Positions 22,236 to 34,013 of a stretch of DNA of 64,000 bases are shown here, one piece after another (positions within the stretch are counted from its first letter, which is position 1; each line of letters opens with the position of its first letter). The stretch comes from Sphyrna mokarran (lineage: Eukaryota). The stretch spans positions 107,508,001 through 107,572,000 of the forward strand of contig JAGIQG010000009.1 of NCBI GenBank assembly GCA_024679065.1, given 5' to 3'. Under the pieces are notes generated by a model. The model had not been told where the DNA came from. It ran no database searches and saw only the letters and a list, made by a program, of their open reading frames with translations. A program made the translations under genes and the position numbers.

Positions 22236-23136
22236 TAGAGACAAGAAAATGATGAGATGATGGCCACGTAGGGCTAATGGAACACTTTTGGGTTATGGGC
22301 AGACTTAGAAATAGAACAACGAATTTCTGATTCGAGTTATTGGTAAACCGAGGTGGAATAAAAGTCAACATAGAACGGAACCCGAACAGTTCAAACGGCT
22401 GCAAAAATGTGTGTGCGCGCGCGCGTGTGTGTGTAGGTATGTTTATTTATGGGATGTGGGTGACCCCGGCAAAACCCCTATTTCTTACCTGCTACTAATT
22501 GCCTTTGGGAGGGCGTTAGGATTAATCTGTTGATACATGCCTGAGCATTTAGCGTTGCCTTATACAGAAATTAGCAGTGTATTAAATGAAAACACGAACA
22601 GTAGAAACACATCAATTAAGGACGTGGCTTAGTATGAAGGTGACGAGACAAACATTTTAGAGAAAGCGGCGAATGCTCTGAAGAGGAGGCACACAGAGTC
22701 GGTAAGTTAACTGTATTTTCTCTCCCCACAGATGATGCTAAACCCGCTGAGTTTTTTTTTTCCTGCACTTTCTGTTTCTAGTTTACATTTTCAGCACCTG
22801 CAGTATTTTGCCTTAGTTTTAATGTTCTGGGAACATAGTTACAGCTTATATTCAATAAAATAATTCGAACAATTTGGAATTTTTTTTAGTGATAACGATC
22901 ATGAAGGTATCGTCATACTGTCATTAAAATCCATCCACATTACTAATGTCCGTTAGAGGTGGAAATCCACTATCTTTATGCATTCTGTTCTACATGTTGA
23001 TCGAAACCCTTCGAGTTTTGCTTGACTCATAACTTCCCTTTGAGATGGCCTCGTGAGCCTCTCACTCCAATAGAAATTATCGACAGACAGCATGTGCTGG
23101 CCTTAACTTCCGTTTCGCTCTGTTTTAAAATCGATT

Positions 23137-23290
23137 TAACGATAAGAACTGTAAGAAGATATGCAGTTAAATTCGGAGCATGACTTCTGCTTTATTCAGG
23201 AACAGAATGATGATAACGATAAGAACTGTAAGAAGATATGCAGTTAAATTCGGAACATGACTTCTGTTTTATTCAGGAACAGAATGATGA
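23137..23290. repeat. 77-bp tandem duplication specific to unit A
   Basis: Two near-identical copies starting at 23137 and 23214; single copy in units B and C. Confidence 0.9.
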
Positions 23291-24433
23291 AAGTCTGCTT
23301 ACTGTCGACTTCTGCAATTATTTTTCGACTATACTGTAAAAGAATTATTTGGGAATCATGACATCTTATAGCAATTAACGAGGCACGTCAGCATTTTTGA
23401 GAAGAACAAGAAAGGGAGATTAAGAACTGAAATTCATGACAAGTGCAGACAACATGGCCTAATAACTCCATATGGAATATCACTGAACAGAATAGAATAG
23501 GATCCGTGTCCACTAGAGCGATTAAGATTATGTCAAGCAATAAATGGCACTGACTCTGGTTAGGTAGACTGGCCATGCTAAATTTACCATCAGTATATTT
23601 GTACAGGCTCTGGAGGATGGGAGGGCGGGGTGGGTAGCGATTAGGGGATTTTCACAGTAACTTCATTGCTGATTTTGTCCATATGATCATTTGTTTAATT
23701 CATATTGTTCCTATATCCATATATAAATACATATATATTTACTTGACTATTGAAGTAAAGTAACAATATAGAATGGCACTCTTACTGATATTTCAGACTC
23801 CAAATATGTGTCAATATGTTGTTGCAAGTTTCATTGCTTTGATAGTTGAAGAGTTGACTGAAAGCTCGCGGAATTGTCAAAGTAGCCAAATACTGAATCA
23901 GAAACTGCAGTTACCACGAAAAACAGAGATAGTGATGATTCTTGTTTATATTTTATGAAGAGCTGTGTTGTAATAGTTCATAAAAATGGGTAAGATTAAA
24001 ACCTCGCCCTCTACAAGCATAGGAACGAGAAGCAGGAGTAGGCCATTCGGCCCCTTTCAACCTGCTCCATCACTGGATAAAATCATGGCTTATCGCCTGT
24101 AGCCTCAGCTCCGCATTTCATCTACCACCGTTAATACTTGTCTGCTTTGTTAGCATCGACGGTAAATTAGCCTTAAGATTATCCATTAACTCTACCTCCA
24201 CTGCTCTCCAAGGAAAAGTGTTCTAAAGATTGACGAGCTTCTGAGAGAATACAAAAAATTCTCCTCCCCACCTGGAATGCGAGACTATTTATTTTTAAAC
24301 TCTATCTCCAATTCTGGTCTCTCCAACAAGCTATATCATCCTTTCAGTCTGAGTTCGGTCAATTCCCAACATGATTTTATATGTTTCAATAGGAGCACGT
24401 TGAAATTGCCACATAGTCGCCTGAATTCGAACT

Positions 24434-24739
24434 GTCGTAGCACTGACACAGTGGTTAGTAACAGTGATGTGGGTTCAATTCCAGCCTCGGGTCTCTGTCG
24501 GTGGCAACTTTTTACGTTCTACCCCTGTCTGCATCGGTTTCTTCCGGTGCTCCGATTTCTTCCCACAGTCCAGAGACGTGCGGGTTAGGTGGATTAGCCA
24601 TGCTAAATTGGTCCTTCGTGTCAGGAGATAAGCAAGTCAAATGCTTGGTGTTAGCGGGATAGGGCCTGAGTGGGATTGCTATCTCTGCAGGCTCGATGGG
24701 TCGAATGGCCTCTGTCTGCACAGCAGAGAATCTATGATT
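24434..24739 (+). mobile_element. HE1-type SINE (copy at ~38262-38563)
   Basis: Core and tail match the family. Confidence 0.75.
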
Positions 24740-26018
24740 CCAGGAACAGCGTTCTTTATCCCACACTGATGTTCCACAGCACCTCCTTTTGCTTTCGATA
24801 AAAGATTAAATTTAGGCATGCGGAAATTCCCGTTCAGTCAAACTCAACTGTCCTTAAAGAGTGCAGAATCTAAAACGAATTATGTTGCAATCATATAGGA
24901 ATTTTTATCGGGAATTCAATGCAGAGTAATTCCCATTAAAAAAGACAGTCTTTGTCTGTAATGTAGTTGTAAGAAGGCACGCAGAAACGCTTCAGTCTAC
25001 AGATCTGGTGCCATTTCCTACTGCTCCAAGAAGTTGCTTAAAGGGTAGTAGAATTAAATCGTGAGGACAAAATGAATCACCATTTAGTGTCGTGGGTCAT
25101 GTTGTGTTTTCTGATAAGCCATTGCCTAATAAAACATGCAGAAAGAGCACAGAAATCGAGTGAACTGGATGGAGATTGCAATTCAACCGTACTTGGTTTA
25201 TTCAGATAGCATTAATAAAAGCTCTTGAAAGAAAAATTGTTATGTTTCGTCCTGCGTCTTTCCCAACCATTACGACTAAATTTTATTACCAGCAACGACG
25301 CCTGCATATCTTATATTGCATACTTGAGAAAAAGAAGTAGCAATACTGGGTTCACTTTGATGAACGGTGCTTACAGGGCAAAATGCAGTGTTGGATGCAT
25401 GTTGGAGTTTTAGGCCGAAGCGTAGATTGCTAAATTAGGATTATCTTCAAAGTAATTGAATGCGGAAACACGTATTGCGTTTCTTGCTCACTGAGATCCA
25501 TTTTCTCTGCACGGAGAGAAGGTTCATAGTGTGCATTCACCTTCAGCAGCCAAAATGAAGTTTAATGACATCTCCCAAACAGAGAGGGCAGCCAAGAGGA
25601 CAGCAGTATAATGGGTTACAATCAGTAGAATTGAACTGGAAAAGACAGCCTTTTTTATAAGAGCTACTTCAAGGTTCACAAGACCCATCATAAAATGTGG
25701 TGGACTGCATGAATGAAGGTTCACGAAGTCACAGGCCTGGTATATTTAAAAACACGAATCTTACTCAAGGGATAATATCAGCACAGTGACCTGGTATTTA
25801 TAGCAGCTGCTCGTACAACATGGCAACACTAGATTGGTGTATGATTAGTTTGCTTTACGTTGACTGTTCCTCTGCATACTTAATCAACAGACTATGCACT
25901 AATAATTTAATGGGCTGCTAATGTACTTTTTAAAAGGCTTCATGGATGAGGCTGACATAGAAAGGATTTGAATATAGATATTTATTATTAGACCTATTCC
26001 GGAAATAATCATCACTTC

Positions 26019-26470
26019 TGTTATAATCCAGATTGCAAATTGACTTTTAAGAAGTCAGCCATGATCATTAAAGTTTGGCACAGGTAAGATGTTTCACTCC
26101 AAGTATGATTAACATGACCCACCAAGGTGCTTTTATCAAACAAAGTTTATTCAAGAATACAGTTAACACATAGAAAGAAAATTAGCAATTACAATTATAA
26201 ACAAGAAAAATACAACCATGATATTGTATAAACCTTAACAGCTACGTTTATTCTTCCAACACAACATTCATACAAACATACACCTCGGTTTCGCTTTAGC
26301 ACACAGAATGCACATACTCACGTGATGCTGGATCCTGTGGCTCTAGCAACAATAAAAAAGCCATTACAGACTTCATAATGCCAATTGCAAAATTAAAAAA
26401 AACAGGCTTGCTTTCAAACTGCAGAGCACATGATTAAAAGTACACTACTTAAGGGCACAGCAGCGTGACA
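26019..26470 (-). mobile_element. LTR-like element (copy at ~39817-40239)
   Basis: TGTTA...TGACA ends; same family as 7192-8150; no clear TSD. Confidence 0.4.
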
Positions 26471-26631
26471 TCTATATTGGAAGTTTGTCAGATATATCTA
26501 ACCTCGGTGTGGCTGCTGATCCACCGAAACAGTAAACCATTTTTATTTTATGTAAGGTTTTATGATTAATTTGAATAGAGAACTATACATTCATAGGTGA
26601 TACATAGATTCCAGAAAAATGTTGCGCATAC

Positions 26632-26722
26632 AGAGATGGGCAGGCAGATTGACAGATAGATAGATAGTTAGCTAAATATAAAGATGGATGGATGGATGGA
26701 TGGATGGATAGGTAGATAGATG
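26632..26722. repeat. Compound GATA/GGAT microsatellite
   Basis: gatagatagatag...gatggatggatgg. Confidence 0.9.
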
Positions 26723-28193
26723 ATTGAGTTATTGTATAAATGTTCTTGGATTGCTTCCAATGTGTGGCGAAGAAAAAATGAATTAAGTAGAATCCACAAC
26801 AAAGCTTCAGACAAACATTAAGAATCATGTCTAAAGTAATGAAAGTTACGGTAGTGGTGCGCAGACATCCTTACTTTATCAAATAGAAGCAAAGATTCAT
26901 CTGAACTATTTGTTCTATTTTAAAGTCCATTGTTCCTACATTGCCAGATTGATTTCATTCAGTTTCAGCCTTTGATTGTAATGAGAGAATCAGTGATAAT
27001 ACTCGGTCATTTCACTTAAAACTGATTTACTTTTTAAAGTTATATGTGGCAGTATTCATTAGAATTAGAGTTTTACATGTGGTCGAGTTACAATCAGTTT
27101 CATGTTGTTAAGTTTTGATTTAAGCTATAGTTTGTGTTTCTGTGAATATGCGTTAGGAAATCTTTAGAATCGTAGAAACCCTCCAGTATTCGGCCTATCT
27201 GCAATGACTCTCTGAAAGACTATCTCACCAAGGCCCAATCCCCATAAATCCTAGTATTTGCCAATCCACTTAACTTCCACATCTATGTATACTAAGGGGC
27301 AATTTAGCATGATCAATTAACTTAACCTCTATATGTGGAAGGATAGCGTGAAAACTACAGACTGTTATCCAAATTCAGATGACAATTGTATCACAGTGTA
27401 TCCATTGACAATTGTATACAGTGTCATGTCTATGTCAGTGTGTCTTTGATCAGTCAAAATAACAAGGGGAAAGGAGCGACAAGCTCAGTTATTACAAGGT
27501 GATGACCCCGTATTGAATCCATCATGAATCATGGTGGCAGTACATAAAAACTTAGCTACAAGACACCATTTGCTTCAAAAGGTGTTGTTAAATCCCCATT
27601 GTTGGGTAACGGTAGAAGGACTCCTGTTGCTTATAGTCTAAGTCGAATTTCATATAAGGCTCCTTCACTTGCAGAGTGAACGTGCAAAACGGAGTAAGTT
27701 CAATGCTCAACAGAAATGTCAAGAACAAATACTTAAAGAACAAGAAAACTCGAAAATAAATCCATATTTCATTCTCTGCGATGAAGTGTCATGCTTTAAG
27801 TTAAAATTCTCCTTGCTTTTTCCAAGAAGTTGAATGTTTCTCAGTGAAACATACCCTTTTCCTGTATTGCAGGCTAGCATCGGAATTTGAACTACAGAGC
27901 TGCTACATGTATATTTCACGGCACATATTTTACATTTAATGATAATGAAGGAGGAAATAGAATAAATATTCACTTAAAATGAGTGATAGATCTTCCGCTT
28001 GTGTCTTTATGTGGTTTTCTGTTCTTTATACGATTGACATCATCTGACTTGTCATCTTTTGCCGTCTTTGCTGGGGGAAATTTTCGACATGGTGTAAGAG
28101 AGTTAACACTATCGATGTCAGTTTTGTTTTTCTTTAGCAATTAGGAGATAAAATTATTTAGGTCGGAACCTGAGCATATGAATTTGGCAATGA

Positions 28194-28209
28194 CAGCGCC
28201 ATCTAATGG
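28194..28209 (-). promoter_or_regulatory. Candidate CTCF site
   Basis: CCATTAGATGGCGCTG, one mismatch to the core CCASYAGRKGGCRS. Confidence 0.4.
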
Positions 28210-28377
28210 ACTTTCTTCAATAACTCAGAATACAACGTTTTATTAGTAAACAACTTAAATATAAAAGGGGTTGGGAGGTTCGGTGACAGCGGGAGAGGTA
28301 ATGAAAGGCATATGATTATACCCGAACACAGCTATCATTGGGACCCGTTTGTACTTAACAGCCAGAGCCTTGGGTTT

Positions 28378-28642
28378 CACGGTGGCACAGTTGTGAGCAT
28401 CGCTGTCTCACACAGCCAAGGACATGAGCTTGATTCCTGGCTCGGGTAACTGTCTGTGTGGATCTTTCACGTACTTTCCATGCCTGCGTGTGTTCCAGTT
28501 TCCTTGCACAGTCAAAAAGACATGCTGATTAGGGGCATTGGCCATGCTAAATTCTCCCTCAGTGTACCTGAGCAGGTACTGGAATGTGGTTACGAAGGAA
28601 CTTCAGGGTAGTGGTGAACCTATTTGTGACGCTAATATATAA
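28378..28642 (+). mobile_element. HE1-type SINE
   Basis: cacggtggcacag head and core. Confidence 0.75.
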
Positions 28643-29049
28643 AGTAATAATACTTCTGCTGGCACTTTCTCATCAACTGCAAATACAATTTGTCCAAAAT
28701 GTCAATCGGTTTAGTTTTACTTCTTACCATAGAATACCTGCCCGCTGTGGTACCTTCTTCACCATCTGCAGTGAGAAGCTTAGGCGAAACTCGAAACTCG
28801 CAGCAATATACGAGAGATACCGTTATCATGATTAACACGGCAAACACTGCAAGTCTCACTCCCAACGTAATCAGCTGCCTTTGTAGCGACCATTCGGTGT
28901 CGTCGGGCTGTTCCCGGCCTATAGAAAACGAAGAGACAAAGCGAGCAATTGTTTTATTGATTTCACTCGATCAACTTAACGAAATAGTCACGAATTGTGT
29001 TCTCAATTTCTTGTCCACTGGTGCACCACAGGTTTTTCATAGCACATTG

Positions 29050-29205
29050 TATTCAAAGTTTGGATGCACCGGAAAAGCAGCCGGCATAATTAAGGACCAC
29101 CCCCCCCCCCCACGGACAAAATCTGTTCCAACTTCCATTGGGAGGAAGATTTTAAAAAGTTTAAGATCATGTACATCAGAGTCAAGGACAGCTTCTTCCC
29201 TGTTC
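29050..29205 (+). mobile_element. Rex1/Babar-like LINE 3' fragment
   Basis: KAAGIIKDHP...GR...SL... resembles the C-terminus of this clade. Confidence 0.45.
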
Positions 29206-29513
29206 CCTTTTGACCAGAAACAGAAAATGCTGGAAAATCTCAGCAGGTCAATGTTTTTAATCTGGATATCCATTCATTAGAGTTGAAAGGAGAACAGTGA
29301 AAATCAACGAAATGCATATTATGAGGATGGGTCAGTAGTTGGACAAAGAAATATAAATGATGATGACAAAGGCTGAGGAATATGCTAAAATTGTCCATTA
29401 GGAGATCGGAATGGGTGAACGGCAGAAAGAATTGAAGAGATCTCCCGGTCGCGCGCTTGGTGCCTTCGATGTACTCTTCGAGCTAGTCTACATTGGAGAA
29501 ACCAAACATGGGC

Positions 29514-30145
29514 TAGAACATAGAACATTACAGCGCAGTGCAGGCCCTTCGGCCCTCGATGTTGCGCCGACCAATGGAACCAATTTTATGACCTTGTAGC
29601 CTAAAACTATTCCAATGCTATCCATATGCCTATCCACTGACAATTTGAACGCCCTTAAACTTGACGAGTCCACAACTGCTGCAGGCGGAGCATTCCACAC
29701 CCTTACTGTCCTCTGAGTAAAGAACCCACCTCTAACATCCGTCCTATAACTACCACCCCCTAATTTAAAGCTATCCATCTCCATCCAAGGAAAATGGCTC
29801 TCACTATCCACCCTATCTAACCCTCTGATCATCCTGTATGTCTCAATTAAGTCACCTCTTAGCCTTCTTCTCTCTAATGAAAATAACTTCAAGTCCCTTA
29901 GCCTTTCCTCATTGGTATTACCCGTCATACCAGGCAACATCCTGGTAAACCTCCTCTGCGCCCTTTCCAATGCCTCCACATCTTTCTTATAATGTGGCGA
30001 CCAAAACTGTACACAATACTCCAAGTGTGGCCGCACCAGAGTTTTGTACAGTTGCAACACGACATCTCGGCTCCTAAATTCAATCCCTCTACCAATAAAT
30101 GCTAACACACTATATGCCTTCTTAACAACCTTATCAACTTGAGTA
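29514..30145 (-). mobile_element. Young 5'-truncated CR1/HER1-type LINE inserted into a Penelope GIY-YIG fragment
   Basis: Open ORF2 C-terminus (LYKTLVRPHLEYCVQFWSP, LERRRLRGDLIE); tgttcta tail; CTAG at both ends; the host reads YIGETKHGL|GDGF..H across the insertion. Confidence 0.9.
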
Positions 30146-32726
30146 CTAGGTGACGGCTTTGTAAAACATCTTTGGTTCATCTGTAAGCAAGAGCCAAGCA
30201 TTCCTGTCGCTTTGTGTCTGTATCGTTAAACGCATGTTTTTATGTGTTTGCAAAAGCTTTGAGTGTTCATTTTTATCAGTCTGCAGGTTTACTATAAACA
30301 AATTCTTGGATTTCTTTGCTGAATATTGATTTTTTTCCAAATCCTCCTGTTTGAATCTCATATCATCCTTACTGTGGCATGTTTTGGCAACTTGTTTTGT
30401 TTTTGCACCAGAAAGAGATATGTAACGACTGCAATGCATACCTTATTTCCTTAAGTATTAGCCATTGCCTAGCCACCATCACGTCTTTTAATGAAGTTCC
30501 ACAATCGACCACAACCAATTCATACGAATGATAGAACCCTTAGAATCCCTATACTACAAAAGGAAGCCATTCGTCCCATCGAGTTTGCACCAGCCACAAT
30601 TGCACGCAGCCACTATCTGCGTAGCCTCATTTATTTAGCCTGCTAGTCCCCCTGAGACTGCGATTCAATTTAACATGATCCCAATCAACCTAGCCCTCAC
30701 ATCTTTCCGTCTTAATGAAGAATTCTGTCATGTTACCGATATTGTTCCATAAATGACCGCATACAAGAAAATGATTAATTCACTCATTGTCACTATATAA
30801 TTACAAATTTATGATGACATATTTCCTCGAGGCTTCCCGGTTGATCATAATGATTAACAAAAAACTCGTACACACTCAAGGAATTCATATGCCACAGTAT
30901 TGTTGTTAATTCGCTTTGCCCAATCAATGCGTGGATTAATTTACCTTCATTCATGTGATGTAGACTTCCATCTCATTGCCTTTCTCTAATTGCCCTTCAA
31001 AAGTGTGGCCTGCTGAACTATCTAGAATCATAGAATCCAATGGAAGGAGACCACTCGGCCCATGCAGTCTGCACCAATCATAATCTCACATAGGCCCTCT
31101 CCCCATAAATTTACCCTAGCCAGTCTCCCTGGCACTAAAGGGAAATTTACTACAGCCAATCTATCTAACCAGCATGGAAAGACTAAGGCAGGAAACCGGA
31201 GCTCCGGGAGGAATGCCAAGCAGACGCAGGAGAATGTGCAAACTCCACACAGACAGTGACCCAAGCCGGGAATCGAATCCAGGTCCTTGGCGCTGTGAGG
31301 AGCAGTGCTAATTACTGTGCCAATGTCTCGTGTCTTTAGATTGTCTTCTGAACATTTTTATGCAATTTCTGTACCTATACTCATGAACTTAGAGACTTGG
31401 GTTCAGAAATCTATCCGCCATGGTCAAGTGGTGGCACAGTCTCAATGAATTCTGCTCCTATGTCTTACAGTAATGTGGCCCTCTCCCTCAGATGCTGCAG
31501 AGCCACGATAGTCAACATCGATAGGGAGGCAGTAAACCATGGAGGAATTTGAATACAAGAATGAAAATTTCAAAATCCTCATCATGGGCCATCAATCAAA
31601 TTTAACAAGAATAGAATGACGGGTGAATGCAGTTGTGAGAAATTTAAATTACAGAAAGTAATGTATAGGTACAAATGCATGGACGAGGATTTCTGCAGCA
31701 CGGAGCCTAATGTAGAGTTAGAGACAGATAGATATGCACTATTTTCGTGACTGTAGGGAAGGTTGGTCAGAAACCAAATATGGGGCCCAACAAGACACCA
31801 AGTTGAGAAATGTCTGACTCAGTTTGAGAGAATTATCACCAGTTGAGACAGTGGACATAAAGGTGAGTTTGCGATGGGGATAGAAAACAATAGCATCAAC
31901 TTTCCCAATGTTCTATTGCCTAAAATGTCTGGTTATCCAATTCCAATAATTGGAAACATCCGGCTAGAACAATATGAGGGGCAATGACACGCTGCTCCCA
32001 CCCCACACACCACCTGGATTGAAAGATGACTGGTTCCACGCTGACCATCCCAACAGATGTAATTCACTGCGGGGCTCTTCAGCCAGGGATCGGTGGGCTA
32101 TCTGTTCATCATTGTACCCAATACATCCAATTGATTTGGCTCCATTAATGTTTAGCTCCATCAGTCTCCACAAAGCCAGGAAGGTGTGAGTCGCAGCACC
32201 TGGGCAGCAGATATGCACAAAAACACCAGTGCCTTTGGAGAAAGTAATTCCAGGGTCTTGGTCCAAACGGGTTTGGTAGTGTTGGAGGCAGAGGGCACTG
32301 TGCAGGGAGGGTGGGGGAGGTAGATGAATTTCAGACAGGGAGCCGGCAGGAAGGAGATTGGCGCAATGTTCATTCTAGGAGACCACCTCTATATTGGCCT
32401 TCAGTCCATTTCAGGCTTTCGGTTCCCGCCCTTCTGCCCACACCAAGCGCACTGTGTCCGGAAATAAAAATCAGTCTCACATGCAATTTGCACGTTTAAC
32501 TCTATACCCAGAAGAATATAGAAACAGCTTTAAAATATATGCTTTAATGCATATATAATGCATAATACAGAACTGGAGAAATGAATCTTCATGGATTCAA
32601 AATGAACACATTCCTCATGACTGTTATCTCAGTATTACAGAGTGGATATTGTATGGATAATCAGTTCGATCTGTTATTGAAAGAATAAACGTAAAGAAAA
32701 GCAGATGGTAGCATATAGGAACGTAC

Positions 32727-34013
32727 CTTTAACAGTTACCCGTGTGCCGATTCCGATTCCATTGCCAATTTGCATCAATTCCACTTCACAATAATATATC
32801 CCGGAATCATTCCGATCTGCCTCCATGACTGTAATTTGGACGTGTTTTAAAGCTAATTCAGATTTCTCCAAAACTCGGCCTACAAATCCTTCAGATGTGC
32901 TCGTGACCAAACTCTTTTCACGACCTAATGCCTGCTTTTACCAGCGGAATCCAAAGACTGATGTCATGTTTGACGCAGTAAATGTACAGGAGATTTGAAA
33001 TTCCCCTCCTTCTATTACTTCGATAATCTCTGGGCTTTGAGTTACTTTGACGTCGGCAATAGCAGCAGCTGTAATGCAGAGATTCCAGTTATACTTGTTA
33101 GACAAACCCCACTCCTCTCCTCAAACTACTGTCCTGGCACCTTGCTAATAATTCATCTGTGGCTAATGGCAAATTCAAACAAAGAATCCATACTCGCATT
33201 CCCTGGCTTTCAGTAGGAAAATGACCATTGAATTTTCTATTTTGGTGTGAACAGTTCTTTCTCCTTCTCCGGCTTTTAACCCTGAGCGATTTTGTGGGAT
33301 TAACATCACATCCAAGTTCGCATCTGAGCATGCGCATACTAGAAATTGTCATCTCCTTGATGCCTATTGAGCCAGTCTGAGGTTATTAAAAGCTAATACA
33401 AATACAATACTGCGACTTCTGGAAATCGGAATTAAAAACACAAATGCTGAATAAACTCGGCAGATCTGGCAGCATCTCTGGAGAGGGGAAAAACATCGAC
33501 AGACCCGGCAACATCTCTGGAGATGGAAACAGGAGTTACTGTCATCGGGAGCCCAACGACGTCTCCTACGATAGACTGGAAACGATAACTGTATCGATAA
33601 CCACAGATGCAGACAGACCTCACTTTATCCAGAGTTTTCTGTTTTTATTTGTGTTACAGGCCAATGTTAACGTCCCTCTTTGCAGAGAGCTTCCGGCACT
33701 TCTCTACTCATTTCATGAGGAGTGATGTTGAACATGTTAGGAACAGCACCCGACAACACTAAATATCAGGTGACGATCTGGGTCGATACAACACATGCAA
33801 GGTAAATGATAGAAGCAGCATGTTATCAATACTTATCAATCAAATCTATCGGATCAAATCCAACCTCTGCAGAGCTGCCCCAACAACCTTTCAAGGAGAA
33901 TTGGTATGCAATAAATGTTGGTCTTTTCGGTGGAGCCCGCTTGCCATTAACAAATGAAATAAGAAATGCAACTAAGTTCAAGGCTTACCAGAAATTAGCA
34001 TAACTGGATGCAT
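32727..34013 (-). pseudogene. Unit C: NCR3-like pseudogene, leader (33989-34013) plus V exon (32727-33068) only
   Basis: 342-nt V exon with intact splice sites but TAC>TAA at 32938-32940 (WY>W*); leader has a 9-nt deletion (MHPVMLIS); the duplicated block ends near 30230, before any TM exon. Confidence 0.85.

Larger units (their letters stand above)
1..27975. repeat. Segmental duplication unit A
   Basis: Collinear with 43322-63185 (position 1 matches ~43322; ~24085 matches ~63185) and, over ~12955-27975, with 30230-42368. Confidence 0.85.

Noticed and set aside
23137-23290. CRISPR-like or regularly spaced array
   Set aside because: A simple two-copy tandem duplication with no spacers, in vertebrate DNA
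25524-25724. Hydrophobic ORF as an alternative leader or TM exon
   Set aside because: The unit C paralogue has a frameshift and a stop; a better leader exists at 19864-19897
28690-29280. 196-aa plus-strand ORF
   Set aside because: Non-ATG start, no domain, and its 3' part runs through Rex1-like and Penelope-like repeat fragments
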